Of a stretch of DNA of 62,295 bases, positions 27,274-34,555 are shown piece by piece. This stretch comes from a virus (Duplodnaviria > Caudoviricetes). The stretch lies in IMG/VR virus record IMGVR_UViG_3300042357_000538, positions 1 through 62,295 of that record, one strand, 5' to 3'. Each line of letters opens with the position of its first letter. The stretch's first letter is position 1. Made by a program: the position numbers and the translations under genes. A model generated the notes under the pieces. That model was not told the DNA's origin, ran no database searches, and worked only from the letters and a program-made list of their open reading frames with translations.

Positions 27274-27513
27274 TCACAGGGCCCTCCCCAGGGCGATGAG
27301 GCTGATGACGACCCACGCGGCGGTCGTGCCGAGCAGGAATCCCACGCCCAGCCCCACCAGGAGGTTCAGCGCGTACCCCCGCCGCACCTCGGCCAGCAAC
27401 TGGGCCTCGATCTGGTCCCATTCCGTGTCGCTCCCCGCCCGCGCCACGTTCCGCGCGTGGTCGGATAGGGCCAGGTTCCCGCCCGGCTGGCGGCTACAAA
27501 GTGGCATCGACAT
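27274..27513 (-). CDS. Small membrane protein, 79 aa
   Basis: C-terminal hydrophobic stretch. Confidence 0.5.
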   Translation of the reverse strand: MSMPLCSRQPGGNLALSDHARNVARAGSDTEWDQIEAQLLAEVRRGYALNLLVGLGVGFLLGTTAAWVVISLIALGRAL

Positions 27514-28618
27514 GGTCCACCTTCTTGATGAAGTGGCGGTTCTTGTTCATGCCCCGGCCCTCGGCGAGGCGGGCCTGGACGTAGAGCTTCTGGAGCTGGC
27601 CCGCGGTCTTGCGCGAGCGGCTCTTCTGTTCGTTGAACACGTCCCCGAACGTGTAGGGGGAGGGCAGGGCGTTGAAGATCCGCGCCTGTTCCTGCGTGAG
27701 GCCGGGCACGGAGGGGGCGTAGCCGCGCGGGCGGCCGTTCTTGTCGTACACGCGCTCGAAGTACGTGGGGAGAATGTCCCCCTCGTGCTTGGAAAAGCCC
27801 GCGATGCAGTAGGTTTCCTCGGGGTAGGCGGTCCCCGCGCCCTTGGCGATGTCGATCCCCAGGCGGCAGTCGCTCTGATTGATGAGCGCACGGGTGCCGG
27901 CGGCCTCGTTCAGCCACTCGCGGTGGTTGCTTTCCAAATTCGGGGGGTCGATGCCCTTCTGGAGGCGCGCTTCCTTGCGCCGGTGGTGGACGATGATGAT
28001 GGCGCAGGCCGCTTTCGTGGCAATTTGCCGCAAATTGCGCATCACACGGGCGGCGACCTCGCTTTTCAGCTCGGCATCGGGCCAGAACGGCCGCAGGCAG
28101 TCGATGATGACCAGTTTCGGGCCCACGGCGGCCACCAGGTCGCCCACTTTCGCCTCGAATTCGCCCCCCAGGGCCTCTTCCGCCACCTGCGCGTTGGCCA
28201 GGAAGTAGCGGATGTCCTCTTCCCCGGGTGTCACGCCCAGAAAGTCCTCCAGGGCGCGGATGTAGCCCACGAAATGGGAGCCCGCGGACTCCGCATCGCA
28301 GAAGAGGACCTTCCCCTGCTGGGTATCGAGGCCCAGGAAGGGGGTCCCGGTGGCCACGCAGATGGCGAGTTGCTCGAGGAGGGGCGTCTTGCCCAGGCCG
28401 GAGTCCCCGATCAGGAGGTTGACGGTCCCCTCCATGATGAGGTCCTCCACGACGGCGGCTGGGGCCGCCGTCGCGATGGCCCGGAGCTGCGATTTGGTCA
28501 GCGCGTTGCGCAAGGCGAGGCTGTCGCCGGCCATGCCGGCCACGATGGACCCCTGTGGCGGGGCCAACTGGGGGTTGCTGAGGACCACATCGGGCCCCAG
28601 CGTGGTGATATCGACCAT
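27494..28618 (-). CDS. RSF1010 RepA-like (AAA_25, SF4) helicase
   Basis: GDSGLGKT, GKVLFCDAE, LVIIDCL, IIIVHHRRK, AGTRAL; GGAGGAACC RBS. Confidence 0.85.
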   Translation of the reverse strand: MVDITTLGPDVVLSNPQLAPPQGSIVAGMAGDSLALRNALTKSQLRAIATAAPAAVVEDLIMEGTVNLLIGDSGLGKTPLLEQLAICVATGTPFLGLDTQQGKVLFCDAESAGSHFVGYIRALEDFLGVTPGEEDIRYFLANAQVAEEALGGEFEAKVGDLVAAVGPKLVIIDCLRPFWPDAELKSEVAARVMRNLRQIATKAACAIIIVHHRRKEARLQKGIDPPNLESNHREWLNEAAGTRALINQSDCRLGIDIAKGAGTAYPEETYCIAGFSKHEGDILPTYFERVYDKNGRPRGYAPSVPGLTQEQARIFNALPSPYTFGDVFNEQKSRSRKTAGQLQKLYVQARLAEGRGMNKNRHFIKKVDHVDATL

Positions 28619-28719
28619 GGGTGGGTGGTTCCTCCGGGATGTGGGGCCCCGCCGTGGGGCCCCAGGGGTCGGGCGCTCATCCCCGACTCCTTGACCGTAC
28701 CACCCCTCTAGGGGGTAGA

Positions 28720-29470
28720 GTCAAGCGGGTGGCCGCATGGCGGCCACCTCCCCCTCGATCCCCCCGCGTCCCCCGGCGGAGCGCTGCGGAAGGGGGATGA
28801 TGAGGGGTTTGTGGCGCTAAGTCCCGCCACATCAGCGGGTTACGGGGAAAAGAAGGGTGGGGGATGAGGGCGGGAGGTCGGCGGGAGGAGCGTTTTCAGG
28901 CCTGTTTTCGCAGATCCGGCGGGGGATGATCTGGGGGACGATGGCGGGGGAGGCAGTGGGGCGCACACGGCGCCCCTTCGTCCCCCGGGTTGTCCCACTG
29001 GGGAGGTGAGAAAACCGGCCTGTTTTCGCTGAGTCCCTTTGCTCCCCCCTCGATCCCCCTGCTGTAAATAGTGTGTATCCCCTTTATTATCAATAGGATA
29101 GGGGGAAAAGGCGGGTTTCGTCCCCCCAAAAGGAGCTGAATACTCGCCAAGGGACTTCCCAGCCAGGGAAACGCCACCCGTCGGCGGAATGCCTGGACAC
29201 TGTAATCAAACCCCGGGGGGTCGCGCGCGCGGGAAAGGTGGGGTGTGGGTGGGGGTGGCGGGGAGGGGGAGGTCGGCCCCTTGTCCCCCGCCGTGTCCCC
29301 CTCGGCCCCCCTCGTGGCCCCTCTCCTGCCCTGTGTCCTGCTGAGGGGACGGACCCCTGTCCCCTTGCGGCCCCAGTCCCGTCCCACCCGTCCCCTTGCG
29401 GCCCGCTGGCCTGTCCCCCCTATGGGCCAGCCTCCCCGGCTGGCCTGTCCCCCCTATGCCACACTCACCC
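28720..29470. other. Non-coding strand-switch region; candidate replication origin or genome-end region
   Basis: Divergence point of the two gene blocks; AT-rich core at about 29060-29110; many (T)GTCCC(C) repeats at 29280-29455. Confidence 0.5.
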
Positions 29471-29481
29471 CTTGCCTCTGC

Positions 29482-29497
29482 TGGCATCCCCCTTGCA
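29482..29497 (+). promoter_or_regulatory. sigma54-type -24/-12 promoter TGGCAT-CCCCC-TTGCA
   Basis: Matches TGGCAC-N5-TTGCW with exact spacing; identical copy at 31783. Confidence 0.6.
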
Positions 29498-29509
29498 CCC
29501 TAGGTCGGC

Positions 29510-29713
29510 ATGGCACCGACCCGCACCCCCCACGGCTACCCCGTCACCCGGCTTCGTGCCGGGGACTACACCGTCGCCACTCCCGCCGGTGAGTGGACAA
29601 TCCGCCACGAACCCGACTTGCGCGGCTGGCTGGTGCAAGACCGGCACGACGGCGAAGTTTGCGCCACCCTCGCTGAGGCCCTGCGCTACCTCGACGCCAC
29701 CCTGACCCGCTAA
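29510..29713 (+). CDS. Early hypothetical protein, 67 aa
   Basis: First ORF of the plus-strand block; coding-like codon bias. Confidence 0.65.
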   Translation: MAPTRTPHGYPVTRLRAGDYTVATPAGEWTIRHEPDLRGWLVQDRHDGEVCATLAEALRYLDATLTR

Positions 29714-29753
29714 TCCCACGGCACCGACGCCGCCCCTGACCGGAGACACCGAC

Positions 29754-30125
29754 ATGACCACCGCACCCGCCCTGCCCGCCGCCTGCACTGCCGCCCATGC
29801 CGCCGCCGCCCGTGGCGCGGCCCAGTCCTTCCAAATCGAGCGCGAGGCTGAGGCCTTCCTCGGGCGGCGCTGGGCCTTCCTGCCCTTCGACGCCACCCAG
29901 CCCGCCTCGGCACACATCCAGGCCTTCGCGCAGGCCATCCTCCCGAACCTTGGCGAGGCCGAAGCCGCTGAGGCCCTCTGGGCCTGCGGGGAGCGTACCC
30001 CGGCCGACTTCGGCGGCGACGGCCTGCGCGGCTACGCCGACGCCTTCCGCCACACGGTCCTCGGGATGGTCGCCCGCGCCATCCTCGCCCGCTACGTCAT
30101 CGACCTGCCGGAACGGTGGAGGTGA
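29754..30125 (+). CDS. Early hypothetical protein, 123 aa
   Basis: GGAG RBS; codon bias. Confidence 0.7.
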   Translation: MTTAPALPAACTAAHAAAARGAAQSFQIEREAEAFLGRRWAFLPFDATQPASAHIQAFAQAILPNLGEAEAAEALWACGERTPADFGGDGLRGYADAFRHTVLGMVARAILARYVIDLPERWR

Positions 30126-30162
30126 TGGCCCGCTAACCCCCGCGCGGCCCCCCTCGGGGCCG

Positions 30163-30233
30163 CGCCCCGTAATGCCCCGAGCTGGTGACAAGGCCAGCAC
30201 CCGGAATGCCTCCGGGAGGCAGAGTCAGGAGCG
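30163..30233 (+). ncRNA. Twister ribozyme 1 (predicted cleavage U30170/A30171)
   Basis: UAA, P2 UGCC/GGCA, P4 GCUGG/CCAGC, L4 U-GAC-AA-GG, T1 GAC/GUC, T2 CC/GG, P5 hairpin, GA; matches the twister consensus. Confidence 0.88.
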
Positions 30234-30240
30234 AACCCCC

Positions 30241-30489
30241 ATGCAGACCATCTACGCCGCCCTCGCCAACGCCCCCTGCACCCACTGCGCCGGGACTGGA
30301 CTCCTCCACGACGCCCCCGACGAACACACCTGCCCCTACTGCCTCGGGCGCACGACGCCCGACGGCGAGGCCCTCGACAACGCCCCCTGCCTCCTCTGCG
30401 GCGGGACCGGCTACTCGGTGCTGGTCGCTCAGCCGACCAGCGACGACACCTGCCCCGACTGCATGGGCAGCGGCCTCGGCGGCCAGTAG
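30241..30489 (+). CDS. Small DnaJ-type zinc-finger protein (CxxCxGxG-like x4)
   Basis: CTHCAGTG, CPYCLG, CLLCGGTG, CPDCMGSG; AGGAG RBS. Confidence 0.7.
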   Translation: MQTIYAALANAPCTHCAGTGLLHDAPDEHTCPYCLGRTTPDGEALDNAPCLLCGGTGYSVLVAQPTSDDTCPDCMGSGLGGQ

Positions 30490-30492
30490 CCC

Positions 30493-30570
30493 CTATGACA
30501 CACCGGGGCCAGACCACCGGCCCCAGCCCAGCGTATAAAGGGGTAGACCGGGCGGCTTGAGCCGCCGCCC
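30493..30570 (+). promoter_or_regulatory. Repeated element: CTATGACACA, GC inverted repeat, CGTATAAAGG, GAGCC-loop hairpin
   Basis: Same architecture and 41-42 nt spacing at 32462 and 33787. Confidence 0.65.
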
Positions 30571-30597
30571 GCCCCTTGCACCCGGAGGAACCATCCC

Positions 30598-30807
30598 ATG
30601 TCCAGCACCACGCCCATCAACACGCCCTACGCCGTCCTCGAACTGGGCGACGGCCACTTCGTCGTCGCCCGACGGTACCTGCGCGAGGACGGTATCCCGG
30701 TCTACCGGCTGGTGCCGGGAACGGCCGACTGGAGCTACCGCACGGTGCATTTCCGCGCTTCCGGCCTCGCTCAGCAGTCCGCAGTGCGCGAGGAGGTGGC
30801 GAAGTGA
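30598..30807 (+). CDS. Early hypothetical protein, 69 aa
   Basis: GGAGGAACC RBS. Confidence 0.7.
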   Translation: MSSTTPINTPYAVLELGDGHFVVARRYLREDGIPVYRLVPGTADWSYRTVHFRASGLAQQSAVREEVAK

Positions 30808-31145
30808 ACGCCTTCAGCCCGTCCATCCGCTACACCCTCGCCATCGGCCACAACGTCGCCGGTTTCCCCCACTGGTCCCGGGAGACCGTCGAGAGCACGG
30901 TCTCCGCCAATTGGACCCTGCCCGGCTTCACCCTGACCTCGGCCTTTGGCCGCTGGGAAGGCGTGGACGAAGACAGCACCCTCGTCACCTACCTCGGGGA
31001 CGCCTCCGACGAGGCGGCCATCCTCGCCATCGCGGAGCGCATCGCGGCCGACCTGCAGCAGGACGCCGTGCTGGTGACCGCCGAACCCGTGCGCGTCGCC
31101 TTCGTGTCGGCCCTGCGGGCCGACCGGGCCGAACCCGCCGCCTAG
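30804..31145 (+). CDS. SAM-lyase-like / DUF3574-like (PII-type fold) protein, 113 aa
   Basis: GFTLTSAFGRWEGVDEDSTLV...IAERIAADLQQDAVLV resembles the G-x-(W/Y)...E...QD-x-VLV pattern of T3 SAMase; GTG start with AGGAGG RBS. Confidence 0.6.
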   Translation: MNAFSPSIRYTLAIGHNVAGFPHWSRETVESTVSANWTLPGFTLTSAFGRWEGVDEDSTLVTYLGDASDEAAILAIAERIAADLQQDAVLVTAEPVRVAFVSALRADRAEPAA

Positions 31146-31172
31146 CCCCGTGTGGCCCCGCAAGGGGCCCAC

Positions 31173-31252
31173 GCTCGTAATGCCAGCGCCCGGTCCCAAC
31201 TCCGGGCAGTGGCGGGACCATCCTGGCCCCGACCACTCGGCAGAGGGAGAGC
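31173..31252 (+). ncRNA. Twister ribozyme 2 (predicted cleavage U31178/A31179)
   Basis: P1 GCUC/GAGC, P2 UGCC/GGCA, P4 GCCCGG/CCGGGC, L4 U-CCC-AA-CU, T1 CCC/GGG, T2 AG/CU. Confidence 0.88.
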
Positions 31253-31267
31253 AAAGGACACACTGCC

Positions 31268-31456
31268 ATGCCGCGCTACGCGTTCCTGCCCGACCTGCGC
31301 CTCGCGTCCCTCTGGTTCGACGCGGGCTGCGACCCCGTCGCCTACCGCGAGGCGCTCGTCGAGTACCTCGACGAGTCGCCCGACCTGCCGCTGGCCGACC
31401 TGCCCGTGGCCGACGCCGAACTCCGCCGCCTCGACGCCCTGCTGGGCGAGGACTAG
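31268..31456 (+). CDS. Small acidic protein, 62 aa
   Basis: AAAGGA RBS directly after twister 2. Confidence 0.65.
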   Translation: MPRYAFLPDLRLASLWFDAGCDPVAYREALVEYLDESPDLPLADLPVADAELRRLDALLGED

Positions 31457-31460
31457 CGCC

Positions 31461-31772
31461 ATGCCTGCCAACCTCCTCACGCCCATCCCGTGCCCGACCC
31501 CCGGCCGCGTGTGGCTGGTCCCCGCGCTGCCGACCCTCTGGGCCGCCTCCAAAAGCCGCGCCGACAAGGGCCAGGTACTGGCCGCCCTGCGCCGGGAGTG
31601 CGCCGCGCCCAACGTGCGCCGCCCCTTCCGCTGGGAACGGGTTGATGTCGGCCTGCGCACCTACTGGGCACCCTGCTGGGATGCGCCCGCCGCCTGCGCC
31701 CTGTCCCCGCGACAGGCCGAGCAGTACTGCTTTGGGGGACTGGTGCCCTACCCGACCGCCCTCAGGGGGTGA
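31461..31772 (+). CDS. Early hypothetical protein, 103 aa
   Basis: GAGGA RBS; start MPANLLT. Confidence 0.6.
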   Translation: MPANLLTPIPCPTPGRVWLVPALPTLWAASKSRADKGQVLAALRRECAAPNVRRPFRWERVDVGLRTYWAPCWDAPAACALSPRQAEQYCFGGLVPYPTALRG

Positions 31773-31782
31773 CACCACCCCT

Positions 31783-31798
31783 TGGCATCCCCCTTGCA
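31783..31798 (+). promoter_or_regulatory. sigma54-type -24/-12 promoter TGGCAT-CCCCC-TTGCA
   Basis: Identical 16-mer to 29482; predicted start just upstream of GGAGG and ATG 31826. Confidence 0.6.
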
Positions 31799-31825
31799 CC
31801 CTGACCACACCGGAGGAACCATCCC

Positions 31826-32362
31826 ATGAGCCACCCGACCGCCGCCGACTTCGCCTTCATCCGCCACGACGCCCGCGCGTGGTGGCATCACCGTGACCTG
31901 CGCGCCGCCGGTCGCCACGCCGAGGCCGCCCGCCTCGAACGCCGCAGCATCGCCAGCAAAATCCGCGACCTCCGGCGCGCCTGCCTCGTCGGGGTGGGCG
32001 CGGTCTCCCCGTGGTACGTCTCCGGGACGCACAGCAGCCTGTCCACGACCTCCGGCTGCGCGCCCGACACCCTCGCCCTGTTCGCCCGGTTCGCGCCCCA
32101 GACGCCGCGCGTGGACAAGCGCGCGCTGCACGCGGCCGACCCGGCGCGCTTCGCGCGCCTCGTCTACACCGCGCCCCTCCTCTCGCCCGACCGCGCCGAG
32201 GACGAAGTGAGCAGCATCGCGTATGTCACCCCCGGCCTGTACTGCGCCATCTGGGAGGCCCTCGGCGCGACGGTCCACTGGGGCGCGCTTGACGCCCAGG
32301 CCTTCCGCCGCGACCCCCGTGTGGCCGCGCATCTGGCCCGCATGACTCCAGGCGAGGCGTAG
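31826..32362 (+). CDS. Early hypothetical protein, 178 aa
   Basis: GGAGGAACC RBS. Confidence 0.7.
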   Translation: MSHPTAADFAFIRHDARAWWHHRDLRAAGRHAEAARLERRSIASKIRDLRRACLVGVGAVSPWYVSGTHSSLSTTSGCAPDTLALFARFAPQTPRVDKRALHAADPARFARLVYTAPLLSPDRAEDEVSSIAYVTPGLYCAIWEALGATVHWGALDAQAFRRDPRVAAHLARMTPGEA

Positions 32363-32392
32363 TCGGCCCGTCTCGCGGCCCCTCGGGGCCGC

Positions 32393-32463
32393 GCCGTAAT
32401 GCTCCTGACCGGTGCCAAGGCCGGTCGGTCGGTGCGTACCGCACCGCCTCAGCAGAGGCCGGT
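32393..32463 (+). ncRNA. Twister ribozyme 3 (predicted cleavage U32397/A32398)
   Basis: P1 GCCG/CGGU, P2 UGCU/AGCA, P4 GACCGG/CCGGUC, L4 U-GCC-AA-GG, T1 GCC/GGC, T2 CC/GG. Confidence 0.88.
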
Positions 32464-32535
32464 ATGACACACGCGCCCCTCGGCCACCGGTCGGGGGCCA
32501 GCGTCTAAGGGGGTGGAGGGCAGGAGCCGCCCTCC
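32462..32535 (+). promoter_or_regulatory. Repeated element: GTATGACACA, inverted repeat, CGTCTAAGGG, GAGCC-loop hairpin
   Basis: Second copy of the 30493 element. Confidence 0.65.
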
Positions 32536-32558
32536 CCCCGAACTGGAGCGAACCACCC

Positions 32559-32834
32559 ATGACGACTGTCCTGAACCTCCTACACGACGGCCCCGCCGAT
32601 GCGGCGGGCACCCACGGCAACGGCACCCAACTGCATTTCACCCTGACCCCTGGCGAACTGGGCAACGGGGAGGAATTCCTGCTCTCCCTCTGGGACAGTG
32701 CCGAGCAGGCGCAGCGCTACGGGCGCAGCGAGAACGAAGAGGTGCTGGTGCTGACCCTCACCCCCGAGCAGTGCGCCCAGGTCGCCGCTGCCGCCGCCCG
32801 CGCCACCGTCCGCTGGAACCGCGAGGAGGCCTAA
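32559..32834 (+). CDS. Early hypothetical protein, 91 aa; paralogous to 34874..35179
   Basis: LTLTPEQCAQV versus LELTPEQRARL. Confidence 0.65.
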   Translation: MTTVLNLLHDGPADAAGTHGNGTQLHFTLTPGELGNGEEFLLSLWDSAEQAQRYGRSENEEVLVLTLTPEQCAQVAAAAARATVRWNREEA

Positions 32835-32838
32835 CGCC

Positions 32839-33006
32839 ATGCTGAACCCGCGCACCCTCGCCGCCCGCTACCTCCGGACCTACGGCCCGGAGTACGCCCT
32901 CTCTGCCGCCCTGGCCGCCCTCGACGAGGCCCAGGCCTTCGGCTCCGCCACCCGCATCGCGACCCTCGAAGCCGTGGTCGCCACGCTCGAAACCGAGGTG
33001 CTGTGA
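32839..33006 (+). CDS. Early hypothetical protein, 55 aa (not in the ORF track)
   Basis: MLNPRTLAARYLRTYGPEYAL...; GAGGAGG RBS. Confidence 0.6.
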   Translation: MLNPRTLAARYLRTYGPEYALSAALAALDEAQAFGSATRIATLEAVVATLETEVL

Positions 33007-33203
33007 TGCCGCGCTACCGATTCACCCTCACGCGCACCCGCCTGCAGTCCCTGGTGGTGGAGATGGTCGCGCTTGACGCGCAGGAAGCGGAACACCTGCT
33101 GTGCGACGAACTGGATGAAGCCGACCCGTTCGACGCGCTGGTGTGGTCCGACGGCGAGAACGAGGGCGAGGTGGACTACGACTTCGATGGGGAGGTGCGC
33201 TGA
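33006..33203 (+). CDS. Small acidic protein
   Basis: Translationally coupled; D/E-rich C-terminus. Confidence 0.6.
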   Translation: MPRYRFTLTRTRLQSLVVEMVALDAQEAEHLLCDELDEADPFDALVWSDGENEGEVDYDFDGEVR

Positions 33204-33565
33204 TGTTGCGCCTGGGCCTCGACACCGGGTCGGCCATCAACCACCTCATGTCGCGCGCGCGGGTGACCATCCCGGCGGTCGGGGATGGGGCGACCGTCCT
33301 GATGTGGACCGACCGACACGCGGCCACCGTGGTCGCCGTCAAGGAAACGCCGGCGCTGGTCAAGGTGACCGTGCAGGAGGACCGCGCAGTCCGCACCGAC
33401 AGCAACGGCATGAGCGAGGTGCAGGCCTACGCCTTCACGCCGAACCCAGCCGCGCCGCTGCAGACGTTCACCTTCCGCAAGACGCCCGGCGGGCTGGTCT
33501 TGCGGGGCAAGGGGCGCGGTCTCCTGCTGGGCCATCGTGAGGAGTACCGCGACTTCAGTTTCTGA
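33203..33565 (+). CDS. Conserved phage hypothetical protein, 120 aa
   Basis: PAVGDGATVLMWTDRHAATV...GHREEYRDFSF; TGATG coupling. Confidence 0.7.
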   Translation: MLRLGLDTGSAINHLMSRARVTIPAVGDGATVLMWTDRHAATVVAVKETPALVKVTVQEDRAVRTDSNGMSEVQAYAFTPNPAAPLQTFTFRKTPGGLVLRGKGRGLLLGHREEYRDFSF

Positions 33566-33591
33566 CCCAATGGCGGGGCCACGGCCCCGCC

Positions 33592-33666
33592 CCTCGTAAT
33601 GCCGCAGCGCCCAGTGGCAAGCCTGGGCGCGGCGGGGATACTCCCCGCCGAGGGCAGAGCCAGAGG
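33592..33666 (+). ncRNA. Twister ribozyme 4 (predicted cleavage U33597/A33598)
   Basis: P1 CCUC/GAGG, P2 UGCC/GGCA, P4 GCGCCCAG/CUGGGCGC, L4 U-GGC-AA-GC, T1 GGC/GCC, T2 GC/GC. Confidence 0.88.
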
Positions 33667-33677
33667 AAGGAACCGCC

Positions 33678-33785
33678 ATGACCAGCATCCGCTCCCATCG
33701 TGTGGGCCGCGCCCACGCCCTGACCCTGACCGGAGGCCCAGCGATGACCACCACCCTGCCCGACGGCTGGTGGCGGGACGCCTGA
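33678..33785 (+). CDS. 35-aa peptide directly after twister 4
   Basis: GGAAGGAACC RBS; MTSIRSHRVGRAHALTLTGGPAMTTTLPDGWWRDA. Confidence 0.45.
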   Translation: MTSIRSHRVGRAHALTLTGGPAMTTTLPDGWWRDA

Positions 33786-33786
33786 G

Positions 33787-33866
33787 CTATGACACAGCCG
33801 GGGCCGACCAGCGGTCGGCCCCCACCGTCTAAGGGAGTACCAGGGCGCGGGCACTGAGCCGCCCGC
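33787..33866 (+). promoter_or_regulatory. Repeated element: CTATGACACA, inverted repeat, CGTCTAAGGG, GAGCC-loop hairpin
   Basis: Third copy of the 30493 element. Confidence 0.65.
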
Positions 33867-33887
33867 CCCCCTTTGGAGGAACCACCG

Positions 33888-34304
33888 ATGATGACCAACC
33901 CGGCGCAACGCGCCACCCCCACCGTGCAGCAGGAGTCGCAGTTCGGCCAGGACCCCGGCGATATCCAGGTCGCGCTGCCCGCGCTCTTCAGCGCCGACTG
34001 CACCGAGGCGACCCGCGAGTTCCGGACGCGCCCGGACCTCCAGGTGCGATGGTTCATGCCCCTGCGGGCCGCAGGCCCGGAGTCGGACCCGACCGCCCGC
34101 CTCCTCGGGCAGGTGGAACTGTTCGGCGTCCTCCACCACATCGACCTCACCGCCATCCGCCTGGACGGTGACCTCCAGGTGGTGGACTGCCCCGAGGAGG
34201 AGTGCCTGGGCGAGGAGATGTTCACGGTCGTCGGCGGGGCACTCGACCCCGTCATGGTCAACGGACGCCTCTACGGCGTCCTCATCTACCCCTACGGGTA
34301 CTAG
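33888..34304 (+). CDS. Early hypothetical protein, 138 aa
   Basis: GGAGGAACC RBS. Confidence 0.7.
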   Translation: MMTNPAQRATPTVQQESQFGQDPGDIQVALPALFSADCTEATREFRTRPDLQVRWFMPLRAAGPESDPTARLLGQVELFGVLHHIDLTAIRLDGDLQVVDCPEEECLGEEMFTVVGGALDPVMVNGRLYGVLIYPYGY

Positions 34305-34314
34305 GAGCCGCATC

Positions 34315-34542
34315 ATGCCGAACGAAACCTGGGGGGAACTCCTGGCGCGCCAGGAGCGGGAGCGCGCCAACTTCCGGCCCAAGCTGCGCACGTATGCCGT
34401 GTGCCTGCGGGGCATCTGGTCGGAGGTGTACACGGTCGAGGCGCTCAACGAGGAGGAGGCACTCGCTCAGGCCATCGCCCTGGAGCAGGGCAACCAGAAC
34501 CGTGACCTCGACATCAACGGGACCGACATCGACGAACTGTAG
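34315..34542 (+). CDS. Small acidic protein, 75 aa
   Basis: YAVCL...YTVEALNEEEALAQA; AGGAG RBS. Confidence 0.65.
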   Translation: MPNETWGELLARQERERANFRPKLRTYAVCLRGIWSEVYTVEALNEEEALAQAIALEQGNQNRDLDINGTDIDEL

Positions 34543-34555
34543 GAGGACTAGCCCC

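Noticed and set aside
27301-27330. CTGATGA hammerhead-core-like words (also near 35601)
   Set aside because: No suitably placed GAAA or stems; explained by coding sequence or start/stop overlap
28896-29487. ORFs in the strand-switch region
   Set aside because: Low-complexity translations with no RBS or codon bias
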